In this document: piece after piece, positions 47,150 to 61,595 of the stretch | Layout: each line of letters begins with the position of its first letter | Position numbering within the stretch: position 1 is the stretch's first letter | Source of the DNA: Mesotaenium endlicherianum | Taxonomy: Eukaryota | Length of the DNA: 64,000 nucleotides | Direction: 5' to 3' | Assembly (NCBI GenBank): GCA_009602735.1 | Contig: WELA01003159.1 | Span: 393,753 to 457,752 of the forward strand | Notes under the pieces: model-generated | Told to the model about the DNA's origin: nothing | The model's database searches: none | What the model saw: only the letters and a program-made list of their open reading frames with translations | Made by a program: the position numbers and the translations under genes

Positions 47150-48841
47150 ATTTGTATCTCGACTCTCGAGTTGCTTGGCCGCACAGACCGGACATGAAGC
47201 AGCTACTGCTGGCTGCTTTTGGTAGTGGACTTTACACTCGTTGAATGCATACGTCATACGAGTCTTAAGTCTTAAGGAATTGAAAAAGGACAAAACATAG
47301 TTGGCAATGCAGGCATGCCCTTTAGCGTGTATTGCGTGGTCCTCCTCTTCTCGTCGTTCTCCTGAGGACTGGCTGTTCTTCACGCACATTGGCATGCTTC
47401 ACGACGGATATATGCTTCAAGACCGTCGCGGCAACGTTCAGTACTTGACGTTCGATATTGGCCTTATGATAGAGAGGAAAGTCTAACGCAGCGAAATTTG
47501 TATCATGCTGACGGTCTGTCTTCGAAAATTTATTCGGAGTAATTTTTGCAGACAGTCCTTTCTAAATCGCTCTGAGAAAAGTAGTATGAGGTAAACCTCG
47601 AAGCTTGCAACAGATTTTCTGCTAAGTAACCTGTGCTTAGGAATAGGGCACCCTTTCATTGCTCAAATTTGGACATACACTGGCGAGCCAATCACACACG
47701 TAGGCGGCTACTCGGCACTCTCATTAAGCTGGGTAAGCTTTACAATTCATATACGTTGGTGGACATTTACTGGAGCGTTATTCAGGTTAAAAAGGACGTA
47801 TTTAATAGGGCCATGTTGGAGCACGAGGATACTCATTGTGTATCAGCTGCAGCGAGTGCTTTCTCTCCTTCGTGTTTCAAGAGGCAGAGATTTTGGGGGA
47901 AATGTATGCTTCTGCTATATGAAGTTGTGGGGCCAGTCGCTGGAAAACGTCTGATGACATTGTGTCCTTCTCCGACAGTAGCAGCTTGGACAAGATAGGA
48001 TGTGGGCTCGAGCGCCCCTTTGTTTTTTTGCCCCTTTTGCTCTTGGTTTTCTAATTTCCGGGAAGCAACAAAGCCGCTGCTTTGTCTTGTGGTCTACTAC
48101 CTGTCCTCAGAGGCTTGGAGGAAACATTTCACATGATCTGTCGACTGCAATGCCTGGCACACGAGTCCCTTGAGGCTTGGCGGCAGTGTTAGCTGGTGAG
48201 ATTGACGCGGAGTGTGCAGTAACATGTTGATCATGCCTGTCTGGGCTGTTCTTATAGTCTTATAGTCCTACCACCCACATGAAATTCTTCAGAGGTACTT
48301 GCTCTGCTGTGCCTGCTCGTGCAAATGTGAAGACTGGCAGAAAGCGACGATCGTCTCGGATACGTTAGGGCCGGCGTTCTCCTCACTCTGCTGACGCATT
48401 TCCACCATGATGCATGACTCTGTGCGCATGGCCTGCAGATTGCACATTCACCCATTGAAGCCCGAATTTGTCAGCGGCCGTCGTGAAGGTTCGTGCCACC
48501 TGGCTCTGAGAAGGCCCCTTCCCCAGCTAGCAGGCCCGACTCCGACAGAACGACAGACACAGAGAGAGCAAGGGCGAGATTGCGAGGAGCGAATCGACTT
48601 TCCCTCGGCCCGTTGAAAGCAGACACGCAGCCCGGTCGCCCACTTGAGAGTGGGCGCGCACTTGAGCCCAGCTGCCTCGGTGTAGCCCTTGCTGTGTGAC
48701 GGGGCGCTGCGAGAAGTCAGCCAGCCCTGACACATGGAGAGACCGGCTCAGGCGGCTCCTTAGAAGGCCCCACCCCGTGCCAGCCGCCGCACTCAGCAGC
48801 AGCTAGGCTGGTGGCCCAGGTCCTCCTGGGCGCCCACGGCC

Positions 48842-51800
48842 ATGTTCATGCAAGCGCACGGCAGGCGACACCTGGCCGACGCACATCCGCTCCCCCACAT
48901 GAGCAGCAGCACCCCGCTCTTCCACCCCCACCAGGCGCTGCTGCCCTGCTCCAGCTCCTCCAGCACCTCTTTGTGGTCCGCGCCCGACTTTCGCGCCCCC
49001 GGCCCCTCCATGCCGTCGCACGAAGCAACGTACGGCCTGCCGGGCGAGGAAGCGCCGTGGCACGATCTGGGCCGCAATGACACGGGCGGCGGCGGCGCGG
49101 GCCCCGCCCCCACATCAGCAGCCGCAGCAGCAGCTGCGGCGGCAAGCGCGCGCACGCTCCTCTTCCTCTGCGTGTTCCGGCACCGCCAGCACGCGGCGCT
49201 CCTGAAGAGCGTGCAGGTGAGCTCCGAGCGCGGGCGCATCACGTCCGTCTGCCAGCGCTTCACGCTGCTGCCTGGCAGCAGCCGCGCCGCCCCCATGGAG
49301 GACCCCATCACGTCGCTCCTCAGCAAGGACCTCGTGGGCCCCGGCCTCGTGGCCTCGCTCAAGCTGCTGAGCGACAACGACGGGTGGGACCTCCTGCTCG
49401 ACTACGGCAGCCACACCGCGCCCGTCACATCCGTGCCCCCCCTGCTCTCGCCCTCCATGTGAGCACTCCCCCCCCTTCTCGCCAATACCCCCCCCGACAC
49501 TTTGCTGCGTCCCTCAACTCAGTGGTCTGCTGCCGCCAGGTCGTGCCATGCTGTTGTGGCGAGCAGGACTCTTGGTAAATGCGTCCGGTCTTGTTGTATT
49601 ACGTGCTTTTGGCGTGTGATTCTCAGCACCAAGGCTCCATGGTGGACGTTTTGGACCAAAATTTGGCGAGCTGTCGCATGCACATCATGCTCATGCACAT
49701 GCTGTAGAGTGATGATGGTCTGGCCTGCTCACATCGGTGCACCTGCTGCCCTGCTTGCCATCTGTCGCAACTGCAGCAACAAGGTGCTCGCCGTGGGAAT
49801 GCCTCTGCTGGCGCGGGACCTGGAGCTCGTGGAGAGCGTGGCCAGCCTGAACCAGCAGCAGCAGCTGTTGGAGCAGCAGCAGCAGATGGTGGAGAAGTTT
49901 TATCGGGCTCACGCGCTCCAGCCAAGCCTGGTGCACGAGCTCGCGGCCGCCCAAAACGTCCTTGCGCGCCATGCGCCAGGTGGCGATGCGCGCGTCGCCT
50001 CGCGCGACGAGACGATGTTTGAGGCTGCTCCTCCTCCTCCTCCTCCAGCAGCAGGACCCAGTGCCGTGCTGGCGCCGCCGCAGGTACATCGTTGTTGCCC
50101 GCTGTCATATCCTACGAGCGATGCTTCTGATCCGCGCGCTGCTCTCTGATGCAATCGCTGTGGGATGTGCACTCTTTCTCACAGCAATGGATCTGCACGC
50201 CACGCGTGCTTGCGACACGTGTCAGTGCTCGTGCGGCATGGAGCATGACCCTTTGGGGGGGCCGACCATTGTGTGGTGCAGGCAGCAGCCCCAGAGGACT
50301 CGCTCAAGGGCAGATCTGCTCCCATCAACACACCCATGGAGGTACATTGTCAACACCCCCCCCTCCCCCTGCCTCCTCCCCCTCTCCTCCCATCTGTGGC
50401 TCTTGTACCATCGCCTTGCCTCGTGGCAGAGCCTGCATGTGAGAGGCCCCTGCTCTCCAAGGTAGCCTGACGATTGCGGCTGCGATTTTGGCAGCGGGGG
50501 CGGCTTAGGGCCTGCCTGTCCGTGCTCTGCAGCAGCAGCCTGCGCCCCGCCCGGTGGTTCACTAGTGCGTGTCTCTTTTTCCTTTCCCCTGGGTGCCTTT
50601 GATGCAATTGCTCACCGTCCCCAATGTCGTTGATGACGATCCGATGCGTGCGCAGGACAACATGCTGCGCTTCATGGACGAGATGGAGAGGGCCAGGCAA
50701 GTGGCGGCACCACCACCGCCGCCGCTGCGGCAGCAGCAGCAACCGAGGGAGCTCAAGGGGGCCAAGGAAGGGGGGCTTTCGGCGCTCCAGATCGGCCACC
50801 GAAAGTACGGGGAGGCCTCGGGAAACAACTCCGCCTCCGATCGCTTCCCCTTGCCGTGGGCTGCTATCTCCTCGCCCGCTTCTGCCTGTAAGAGCTGCCT
50901 GTCCTCTCCGCCCCATTGTGCGCCATTGCCGCCCTCTACTTTCTTGCCACTGGAGTAACCTTTCATTGCGCAGAGTGCTGCTCTCGCTTGCCCTTTTCTC
51001 GCGCACTCCCGCTCGCTCGCGTGTCTGACGTGTGGCTGGCCTCTTGCGCGCTGCTGCTGCTGCTTCCTGCCACTTGAATCTGATCGGCTGACTCTCGCTC
51101 TGGCGCTCAGACGCTGCGCAGCCCCCCCGGCATCAGTGGGGTGGCCCACTGACGACCCCAATCGCACCGATCCACAGTTCTGATGCCATGAATCTCTTGG
51201 CGTCTGTGTGTGTGGACACCACCTGTCGCCGTGCTGGCATTGGCAGCGCCGCTGTCGGGGAGCCCGAACTCGCTGCTGCAGCTGGGCCGGCCCTTCAACG
51301 CCGTCGCGCTGGGCTCTTGCAGCAGCCCCTGCGCCTCCTCCTCCAACCTCAACCCCACGTTATCCGCGTCAGCCAGGAGCTCCCCCGCCGCCGCCGCTGG
51401 AGCGTCCGCCGCCGCTAGCGCCGCCATTGCTGCAGGAGGGAGCGGCGGCGGCGGGGCGCGCGGCCCACTGCCGCCCTCGCTGTTCTCGCCCGACCACGCG
51501 GCGCGGCAGCAGCACCAGCAGCAACAGCAGCACCTCCACCTGCTGCACTCGACGTCCTCCCTGGCCTCGCAGGATCCGGCGGCGCATTTCGCCAGCCTGG
51601 CAGCCTGGGGCCCCCCCTCGCTGTCGCCGTCGCTGCAGTTCTGCGACTCGCCGCACGGCAGCTCGCTGCGCCTGCGCTACATGCTGGAGTCGTTTGAGAA
51701 GGAGATCTCCCACCCCAGCGGGAAGGACGAGGCGCAGGCGCACGGTGGCAGCAGCGGCTGCCCTGGCGGCGCCGCCCTTGCGGAGGGCCTGAGGCACGAG

Positions 51801-54036
51801 AGAGGCCAGGTGGCAAACCGGCGTGCATCCGGCAGGGCAGACGAGCACCGAGCGCATGTCGAAATGTCCCAGCTGGGCCTCACCACCCAGCTGCATTCGC
51901 TACCCTCGCACAGGGGCAGCCATCTGCTGCACACTGAGAGGTTTTTCGAGCCGCCCTCCGCCCACAATGCGCCTGCCACGAGCCACCAGGGCTCAGCACC
52001 TGTCACCTCCTGGAGCCCTGGTGCAACCGCGACTGACGGGCACTTTGGCGGCGCCGGCAGCCCGGGTCCCCTGCGGCCCCACATGAGCAGCGGCGGCAGC
52101 CTGGGCAGCCTGCACAGCCAGGCCCCGCGGAAGTCCCCCGCGTGTGCGCAGAGCTCCTGCTCCGGCATTGCCCGCGCGGCGAGCCCCCAGTCGCCCGAGA
52201 GCTCGTGGCCCAGCGAGGACACGGAGCTCGCGGACAAGGAGGACGAGGAGGAGGCGCACAACAGCGGCCGCGGCGGCGGTGGAGGCAACGGGGACGAGGA
52301 GGTCGAGAAGCTGACCTTTGGCTCTGGCGCGCCCGAGGACCCCCCCCCTGCGTGGCACCATCTGGAGAGCGGCAGCGCGCGTGAGCAGGCGGGCAGGCGC
52401 GCCCCCGGCCCCGCTGCTCCCGCGGCGGCTACGGCGGCTACGGCGGCTGCCGCGGCCAATGCTGCTGCGGCGCTTGCGGCGATCGCAGGGGGGCACGGGG
52501 CACCGAAGCTGTTGGATGTGGCGATCAAGCAGAGGTTGACAAAGTCCAAGTCATTGCGGGTCGCAAGGAGGAGCTCGTCGTCGCTCCTGACCGAGTCGGA
52601 CGTGAGAAGGGCCGAGAGCGACCCTGGCGCGTCCACCATGGGAAACAGCCAGTGCAGCGGGCTGGAGGAGCAGCAGCTGCAGCTGGCCCAGGCGGCGGCT
52701 CTGGAGCTGCGCAGCTCCCCCTCGGGCAAGGCCGCCACAGAGCGGCTCGCAGAGATGGCCATGGACGAGCTCTCGCAGGTTGGTACACCCCCACATGCCC
52801 TCCCCCCCCCGACCGCCCCGCGCCAAGCCGCTCGACCCCGCCCTGCGCCGGGCCGGCTGAATTGCACTCTTCCTCCTTGTCTCCCCTCGTCCTTGCATTG
52901 TCCTTGTATTGTCCTCCTTGTCATGTTCTTGTTCCCTCTTCTTCTTTCATGCCTGGCAAGCGGAGCGCTTCAGCCTACGTAAAAAGACAGCGCGCTTGAG
53001 CGGGCTCGTTCCTTACATGCATGCCGCGCGCCCGCACCGAAAGGGCGGAGAGAGGCCTGGAGGAGCCGACACGTGTCGTCATGCCATGGCATCTGACGGG
53101 CTTCTCTTCCGGCTGGCTGGCTGGCTGTGCGCGCAATCTGAGCAGTATTTTTTGATGCCCATCACGGCGGCGGCGAAGCGGCTGGGTGTTGGCCTCACGG
53201 TGCTCAAGAAGCGGTGCCGCGAGCTGGAGTTCGAGCGCTGGCCGCACCGCATGTTGATGAGCCTGGACTCCCTCATCGCCAACATCCAGGTGGGTCGATC
53301 AACCGCGCCTGCCAGCATGCGCCGCCCTTCTTTCCCGGCAGGGGCTTGTCCTCCACGACCTCCTTCTTGTTGTACGCAGAGAGGCGGCCGGCGCTCACGG
53401 TCCGGGAGGAGTCTCGTCTGTCTGTTGGTTTGCCCGCATGTCTGCCTGTCAGGCTGTCAGGCCGTCTGAGAGCTCGGTGAGGCTGAACGTCCGACATTTG
53501 ATATATATATATATATATATACGCGAGCTTTACGACACACGAGCCGGCGATTGCAGTCGTGCCTCTTGCGAACTGTGCGCCCTTGACGATAGCGTGAGCC
53601 TGCGTGATTGTGCCATCTGGCGCGCTCTAAGAGGTGCTGAAGAGGTGCTCTGGTTGCGCGCGCGCAGGACCTGGCCAAGGGGCCAGATGGCACGTCCTCG
53701 GAGCCCGTGCTGATTGCGGTGCAGGAGCTGCAGAAGCAGAGGGCCCTCATAATGACAGCCCCGGCACTGGGGCTAGGGTTCCGCACCAAACGCCTGCGCC
53801 AGGCGTGTTTCAAGGCGCAGTACAAGCGCAGGTGCCAGGCCAACGTGCAGGAACACCAGAGCTCCCAGGCGTCGCCATCTGGTGTCTCAAAGAACGACGG
53901 GGATGGAAGGACCGGCCAGCAAGGCGGGGGCGAGGGTGAAGTGCGCGAAGAGGAGAGGGGAGGAGATGAGGCCAGGAGAGAAGAGGCGGAGGCGGAGGTG
54001 GAGGAATGCGGCAGCTTCATGCCTGAGCTCCTGTGA
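48842..54036 (+). CDS. RKD: RWP-RK transcription factor, RKD subfamily. Exons 48842-49458, 49777-50083, 50282-50341, 50656-50804, about 51.2k-52778 (acceptor unresolved), 53146-53289, 53668-54036
   Basis: Spliced [54 protein letters not shown]| plus the RKD-type [16 protein letters not shown]. No PB1 domain; GT-AG junctions. Confidence 0.88.
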
Positions 54037-56807
54037 GGCTGCAGCTACCTGCTACCAGCTGGCGCAGAGCAGCTGCAGCCTGCCAGCTGGCGCCACAGTA
54101 TCGGGTTACTTAGGCCTGTCGGCGTGGTTGCACTGACAGAGGGCCATCTGGCGAGTCGACTTCCGTGAGGTGCACAGGCGGGCGCTGTCGTCACTCTCTC
54201 CTTGGGTCGGTGGAAGAATAAGCATGTTGGTTTTTGAAACATGTGGGCGACGGGGGACGACGGGCCTGCTAGGCGGGGGAACCATCGGGCTACTGCTGCT
54301 GATGCAGGTGCAAAACAATGTCAGAAAGGCGAGGTGGCCCATTTATTTGGCCCACCAGCAGCACGCTCGGGGAGCGGCCATGGGGAGGGCCGCACGGCTG
54401 TTGGCTTTTGATAAGTGGAAATGTATCTGTTTCTCTAATTTATATCAGTTGCATACACTAAATTATGGGGCATGTGTGCCCTTGCCTTTCCACTCTATTT
54501 GTGGGCGATTTTATACATATGCATTTAGTTATATTCTGCATTCTTTCTGCACGAGATAGCCACCTCGCGCATTTTTTCTACTAGCTGTACTATAGATAGT
54601 GTTTATTTTGTATGTAGATGGATACATTATAGAACAGATTACTCATACATAGGAAAGTAGACCATTTACAGCAAGAAGGGGATCAAGGGGATCTTGGCCG
54701 GTATGTGAAGGCGTTCTATGTTATATTGGAGGAGAGGGGGACGCGTGCGGGGGAAGAATGTAGCTCACACGGTAGCATACATATCGCGATGCACATTCGC
54801 TTGCTGGTGTCGTGTGACGCCACGTGCATAAGAGAGGCCGCAGCATGCGGCTGCACACCAAGTGTCAGCTTCAAATGTGGTTTCCTCGTGAAACAGTGCC
54901 CCAAAGATTGGGGGGGGGAAATGAAAGCTATTCGGAGTGTCAACCATTCTCCCATCAGTTGCAGATCTGATTGACGATGAAGCACAACTCCTCTTCCTGG
55001 TCGCGACATCCTATGCTCATCCTGGGTCTTTGCAAGAGAGAACGTGTTGTGGTATTTGTATGAAACTGGTCCACTTTTGGTGGGCAGCACTCTCTCCCTC
55101 TTGACATTTCTGAGCCAACAAAATTGACCCATCATAACCACTCATGACACCCACAAACGAGACTCCAGTGGCTTTCCTAGTCCCCAACTGCGTGAGATTC
55201 CGCGACTTCGTGACTTTCAAGAAAATAGGATTGCACTTGTCATAAAAGCAAGGGCGCAAGCAGGTGGTCAGATGTCTCCATGTCACGGCCAACTCCCGTG
55301 AGCCAACTCATGACCCTATACTGCATGCAGACCATCCTGTTACATATAAGTGAAGATGGTAGTTGCAATGGTATGTAAAATTAAGGTAATGCTTGATGTC
55401 AGGCCAGGAGGAGCACATGGAAGAAACATATGCAAATTCACTTGCCACGAAAGTGATCTTCCATGACGCACGCAATTACATTTCTCATAAATCTACGCAA
55501 TACTGAACCTCCATACCGGCCATGTTCATTACGAAGAGCAGCAATGGTACACAACTTAAACTGCGACCATGTGCAAAGAAATACAAGAAGTAATTATCAG
55601 GTTCAAAATGGTTATCATGCTTAATCATATTCATATACAACGGCCAAACTGAACCAGCACGCTGAATAGACAGGATGTACTTTGCAGGACTAGTGCAGGA
55701 CTAATATGGTACATATGCTATGCATCAGACATGCACCTGGTAAGAGGCTACTACTATTCCTTTTTAAGTAACAATCGACTCGATTTAAAAACTACATCAT
55801 CTGATAGTGTACCAGAAACTGCTAGTAGATGAGTAAGTGCAGTTACATCTGCCTGAGTATTAACTTGCCTAATTATCAGCCATGATTGCGATAAGATACA
55901 GTAGTCCCCAGCTTCATGGGCAATACATCTCTTTACAGCATTGCAAACTAACTCCGTGTATGGTCAACACACCTGGAGTCCATCACATATTTTTCGCAGC
56001 CACTCAGGCGCCTGCTTGAAGCTACCCCTATAGCAAAACGCATTTTGCCTGACAAGTTTTCGAATAGTCTTCGACACCCTCAAGCTATTTGCTACTTTGT
56101 GGAGCTCAACTTCACCAGTCGATATAACTTTATGCCTACCTAATATACCAGTCACCTTGTGCTCAACACATGCCTCACTCTTCTTTGTCAATTGATCAAT
56201 GGCGATGACCTCAACTCTCGCCTGAGACATCCGTGTGGACCAGATATCGACCTTGTAGTCTGTACTTGGCCTGGAGCAGCCTGGAGTCTGGACTCTGGAC
56301 TGGTCTTCTCCCTTGCTCGCACACTTCTCCCACGAACCTAGAAGCCAGCGACTGACAGTGACTCTTTATCACTTCGCATCACACTTTCCGAACTGTTCGC
56401 AGCGGTTCCGACTCCCGAATGGAGTGGTCTGGGGTCTGGACTCTGGAGGTCCCCTCTGGGACGTCTGGACTCTGTACTTGCAGCAGTTGCGACGCAGAAT
56501 TCTCTTAATCGATTCTACAGAATGATTGCAGCACGGTGGGGCACCGCAGTTATGTAGTCTGTGAACTGTGCAGTGTGCAGGGTGAAAGTGTGAAGCGGTG
56601 GAGAACGCGTTTGTCTCGACCCGATCTTCACAGATCTTCACCTCGCAGAGGATAGAATCAACGACGCGGCGAATACACACTTCTGTCCGCTTTCGTGTCC
56701 TTTCGTCACCTTCGGCCAAACTTCCTGCTTCCGTCAGCTAGCGCATTCTGATCGTCTTGCGTTGTGGACTTTTTGCGTGCTTCTTCGTGCTTCGAGTGTC
56801 GGGCTGA

Positions 56808-56893
56808 TTCACGGAAACAGGATGTGTACGTTGTAGTTGTATTGCACTCCTTCACGGAAACAGGACGTGCACGTTGTAGTTGTATTGCACTCC
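56808..56893. repeat. 43-bp tandem direct repeat, two copies
   Basis: TTCACGGAAACAGGA(T/C)GTG(T/C)ACGTTGTAGTTGTATTGCACTCC occurs twice. Confidence 0.9.
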
Positions 56894-56982
56894 TTACTGT
56901 AACCAGGTGCAACCGCTTTTTAGTTTATTAGGCCACGTCGAGTATCCTAATTTCCCAAGTCTCTCAAATTTGGTAGGAAGTA

Positions 56983-58160
56983 TGTCGCGACTCATCCATT
57001 TCACGGCGCAACACGCGTGACGCAAGTCACGGCCGCCCAGGTACGTAAAGCCAACGTTAACTCGTCTACCAAATGACTTGCAGTTGCACACTCAGCATTG
57101 AAAGTCAAAGTCCAAGTCACGCGAAAGAGTGACAGCAACAAGTCAAAACCAACACTGTGATGGGTGGGGTTTGACGGCCAAGTCATCTGGTAATTTGACC
57201 ATGTTAGGACCAGCAAAGCGTCCGCGCCAGCGGATGCCAAGAAAGGCATCGCTTACTGAGCAAGCCACCCTGGCAAGAGCCAAGCCAGGTGAGGCTGTGT
57301 GAACAAGCCACCTCAGCCATGGACCTGTAGTGAGACTGCCACGACTTAAGCAGCCACCTCATGCGACATGGGCTCTAAGGCCACATAGGCGTGCACGCTA
57401 ATCGAAAGGGGCGATTGCAAGAACAACATGCATGGTGAACGCTTTGACTAAGCTTTGGAATTCTCGAGAGTGAATGGCGTGCGTGGTGCCTGGGTACGGC
57501 ACGAGCCTTGCACGAACTTGCCTCGTTCTTGCCTCGCACATTTTGCCAAGAAGCAGAAGGGAGTGGAGGAACGAAAGGAGAAGAGAAGGAAGAGCGCAAA
57601 GGAGAGGGAGTTCCCAAGGCCACCGGAATGCCAGGATGCCCTGTTTCTGTCGACACTTAGGAGATTTTCTCTCATTGTATCATAGAAAACCCAACAAGGG
57701 ATTCCGCTCAAAAGAAGTAGAGAAGTTGCAGAATAGAATCTGATAGGAATTCTAGCGCAATCTGGACCAAACACCACAAACGTGCGAAGAGCACATAAAA
57801 AGGTGAGTACTGTATTAATTTCCAAGTTCTCAGAAGTCCCAATTATTGAATTGCTGATAGCAAGAGCAGGATTAGCAAGCAAAGCCCTCAGTGAAGAGCT
57901 GAGTGAGCCCAGCCAGCAGTGGAAAATTGCTAGGCGCGATTTTGAGCTCAAGTCAAGCCGGCATAGACGCTATAGTTTCAGAGTGTTGTAAGCTGTGACT
58001 TTGTGAAAGTTAAGCGAAAGCCCTGGTGGGCGATTTTCTCTAAAACTTGGTGTTGTGTGTTGATCTGCTTAGACATGATTTTACAAATTAGAATTTGTTC
58101 ATTTGTGTAATCCTCAACTTGGGCAAAAGCCTATTTGGAAGTAAGACGCTTCTGTCCTTG
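56983..58160 (+). mobile_element. Family-B LTR-like copy (diverged, right end uncertain)
   Basis: Reverse-complement homology to 42620-43877, e.g. ACTTTGTGAAAGTTAAGC; starts TGTCGCGACT. Confidence 0.75.
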
Positions 58161-59067
58161 TAAGCGGAACCAAAAAGTAGAAAAAACTTTTTGAAATTTG
58201 CTAAGTCCTGGATAAGGAAGTAGAGGAGGACAAGCTCAGTGTGAAAACACTAAGTGCTAACCCTCTCACTGAATGGTAAAGTGCAGGAAAACCAAAAAAT
58301 GGTCCATCGCAGTTCGCCTGCCACCGACACACGTGCAAAGGGCGATCGACCAGGTTGATTTCCCCACGTGCAGAGATGCACCAACCAGTCGACCATGGAC
58401 AGCCCGCACACAAGGACCATTGACACATCGACCAGGTCGACGACACACGTGCTAGAAAGCCACGCACGTGTCCAGGTCCCGATGCCATTAGGCACGACAC
58501 AAAGCTACGGAAAGTAGACTCTAGTAATAAAAAGTAAGCAGTAAACTTTAGTTGGTCAGATCATAGTTTGTGTTGAGACATCTAAGCTTGTCTTCAATTT
58601 ACGTTTTTGAAGAGACTTGTGGCATCTTAAGGGGGGGTTCAAGAAGAACGTGACTATTCACTTGCAGAGAATAAAAAGATGTCCATATTTTTTATGTTTG
58701 AGGGCGAAACCGATGTAATTCGGCATTAGACGGGCAACTTAAACGTCTTGCACAAAGCTAGGGGTAAGGTGGGGTATGGAGACTAGACTCGCAGGGTACG
58801 TCACTAAAGAATGGCAATGAGTGGCAGATAGGCACTCATTTGTCCGAGCTAGGCCGATGCTTATAATCGTACTCGTATATCAATTTTAATAAAAAATACA
58901 CAAACTACGTACGTACTTTGGATTACAACAAAAATACGTACGACACATGTTGACTTAATCACGATATTGATTTCCTGTCAGATATTGTGCGCCAGAAAGG
59001 TCCATACGAGAGCAGACCCTAAACGTATTTTTTCCATATTTTGTAAATATTATGAGTGAAGCAGGTT

Positions 59068-59700
59068 TGCCGCGACTGTTATCAGTTTGCCGGCGCCGCA
59101 TGCGTGACGCAAGTCACGACCTCCCTGGTACGGAATGTTGACGTTGACTCATCAACCAAATGGCTGACCTTTGTGTAGTCAAAATTGAAAGTCGAAGTCC
59201 AAGTCACACAAAAACGTGACAGTGATAGGTCACAACCGACACTCAGTGATGGGTGGGGTTTGACTGTCAAGTCAACTGAGAAGCTGACTATACTGAGACC
59301 AGCAAACGGTCCACACCAGCAGACGCCATGTCAGGTGTCGCTGGCCGAGCAGCCACCCTGGCAAGTGCCAAGTCAGGATGAGCTGCGTGGATTGGCTACA
59401 TCAAACCTGGATCTGTGAGGTAGCAGCCACGACTTGAGCTGCCACCTCCAAGGGCATGGGCTCGATGGCCACATAGGCGTGTATTTAACTGAAAGGACAA
59501 GCAATCACGTGCGACAGTCACAAAACATGCATGCATGCTAAGGGACGTCAAAAAACTTAAACTATCACGAGGGATAGTTGCAAGCTTGCATGCATACTGA
59601 CGCTGTGACTAAGCGTTGGTATTCTTGAGAGAGAATAGCGTGCTTGATGCTTGGGTAAGGCACGAGCCTTGCACAAATGGACATTATTCTTGCCCTCTGT
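59068..59700 (+). mobile_element. Partial family-B LTR-like copy
   Basis: Direct homology to 56983-57540 (GCGTGACGCAAGTCACG, GATGGGTGGGGTTTGAC, GGCCACATAGGCGTG). Confidence 0.75.
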
Positions 59701-61595
59701 TGTAACAGTGGCCGTCGGCGGACGCTAGGCATCGACACCCCTAATCTACACAAGTGCGGAAATAGCATGGACTTGCTAACCTAAGTGCTGTGGATAAAAA
59801 CTCCCCCTATTAGGGGGAAAAGCCCACAGCTTATGAGATGTAAATGAAAAAGAATACGAGAGGTCTGAACTTGGCACCACTGGGCAACTGAGCAGCTACA
59901 AAGTACTAACTAGAGAGCAAAAAATGAGCTATGAAAACCTCGTAAACAAGCTATGGCGGAGTAGTACCACCTAGAGCGTGAGTGCACGAACCCACTATGT
60001 TGAGCAAACTACTAGTGGAAAGCTATGTTATGGCCGCGAGAAAGAATGGGGTGTTCGCGACTAAATGTGAGGGGTGATGAACACTACGAGCGACCTACAC
60101 ATAGAAGTGAGAAAAACAAGAGTGGATAAGCACACACTACGAGCATTTAGTCACATAGAACAAATATAATCTCACTCATAAGAACGAACATACAAAACTA
60201 ACACCGAAATGGTGTTAGCTCGCGGCCTAGGTAGCACGCTCTCGAATGCTATGCCCAGTGCATACGAAAACTCGCCAAACTCTAAACTCTACGATGAACG
60301 CGTCATCGCGTCATCTCACATAAATCCACAATAAACTAAATTTGGAAAAGAAAAGAATCTAGTGGTCGACACACACACGTACAACTCAATGACTATGGCC
60401 AAAAGGGAACCCGGCACCCCAATGTCCCCTACTCTCCCTAACCCCTAGCAATCTTTGGGCATACCCATGGGGATTGCCAATGGTACAGTGATGATCTAGC
60501 CATGGACCATGGGGGATCCCCCAAGGTACTCGCGCCGACCCTTCAGGCGAGCGAACCTGAGAGTCGACCTCCACACATGTGGGCGGCAACACCATGTGTA
60601 GAGGTAAAGAGAGTGCGCGTGATCTGGGAAGGGCCTCACAGTTGCTCAAAAGCAGAACCTCGTGAGCAGATCCTGGGTCCCAGGGTTCACCACCAGGGCA
60701 CATAGACTAGACCATCCTCACCTACCGCCCTAACCCAACTAACCAATAGAGCCCGCATGAAATGAATCGACTTACCAAATAAGCGATTAACAATTAATAA
60801 AGATCTTTATATCAGCAAGTAATCTTATGGTATTTCCGTTAACTAGTTAAACGGCAAAGGACAATACACTAGCAGGGGATAATACTCGTAAGTCAAATGC
60901 GAGTAAACTAGCATCAATGATGCAAATCAGTAAACTCATATATAAGCAAGGTTAGAAGACAGTGCGTATCAATGGCTTTTCGCCTTGGATTCAGAGTTCT
61001 CTCAGTAAGCTGTACAAGAGAGTTGGCCTCGTTTCCGAATGCCGAACTCGAGAGCAATGCCTAGCATATGTACATGGGATGAGTTTACTGTTCAACGGTC
61101 AGTGCGATGGCACCGCCTACCCGGGAGTTAACCACGTTGGTAGGACCTCGGTTAACCAAATCCACCGCCATCTCCCATCATCCCGAATAGCCATCCATCA
61201 TAGGGATGTCATCTGGCCATTCATCTAGCATACCACACTTAGATGCATATCGAGGCAGTTCGCTGCTACCGAGTACGGAAGTCAGCTGGCTGTCAAAGAA
61301 TGTGTCAGCAAGCTGACTTAAGTTGACTTCAGCCTGCTGCTTCCGGCTGAGTCATTAAACTGATATTAATGTAAAGTCCAGCAGACTGACTATTAACTAA
61401 AGTTCAGCAGGCTGAACTTAATTAACTATTTATATTTAAATGAATATCATATCCACTAATATACTGATCATTACANNNNNNNNNNNNNNNNNNNNNNNNN
61501 NNNNNNNNNNNNNNNNNNNNNNNNNNNNNNNNNNNNNNNNNNNNCTGACCCTGACCAGCCTCCCCTACNACGGACTGTCTTTTCAGCCTGTCACC

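Noticed and set aside
51369..52924. Long antisense ORFs (up to 415 aa) over the RKD exon
   Set aside because: Shadow ORFs of GC-rich coding sequence.
55964..56912. Short minus-strand ORFs as a gene
   Set aside because: No recognisable motif and no consistent exon chain could be built.
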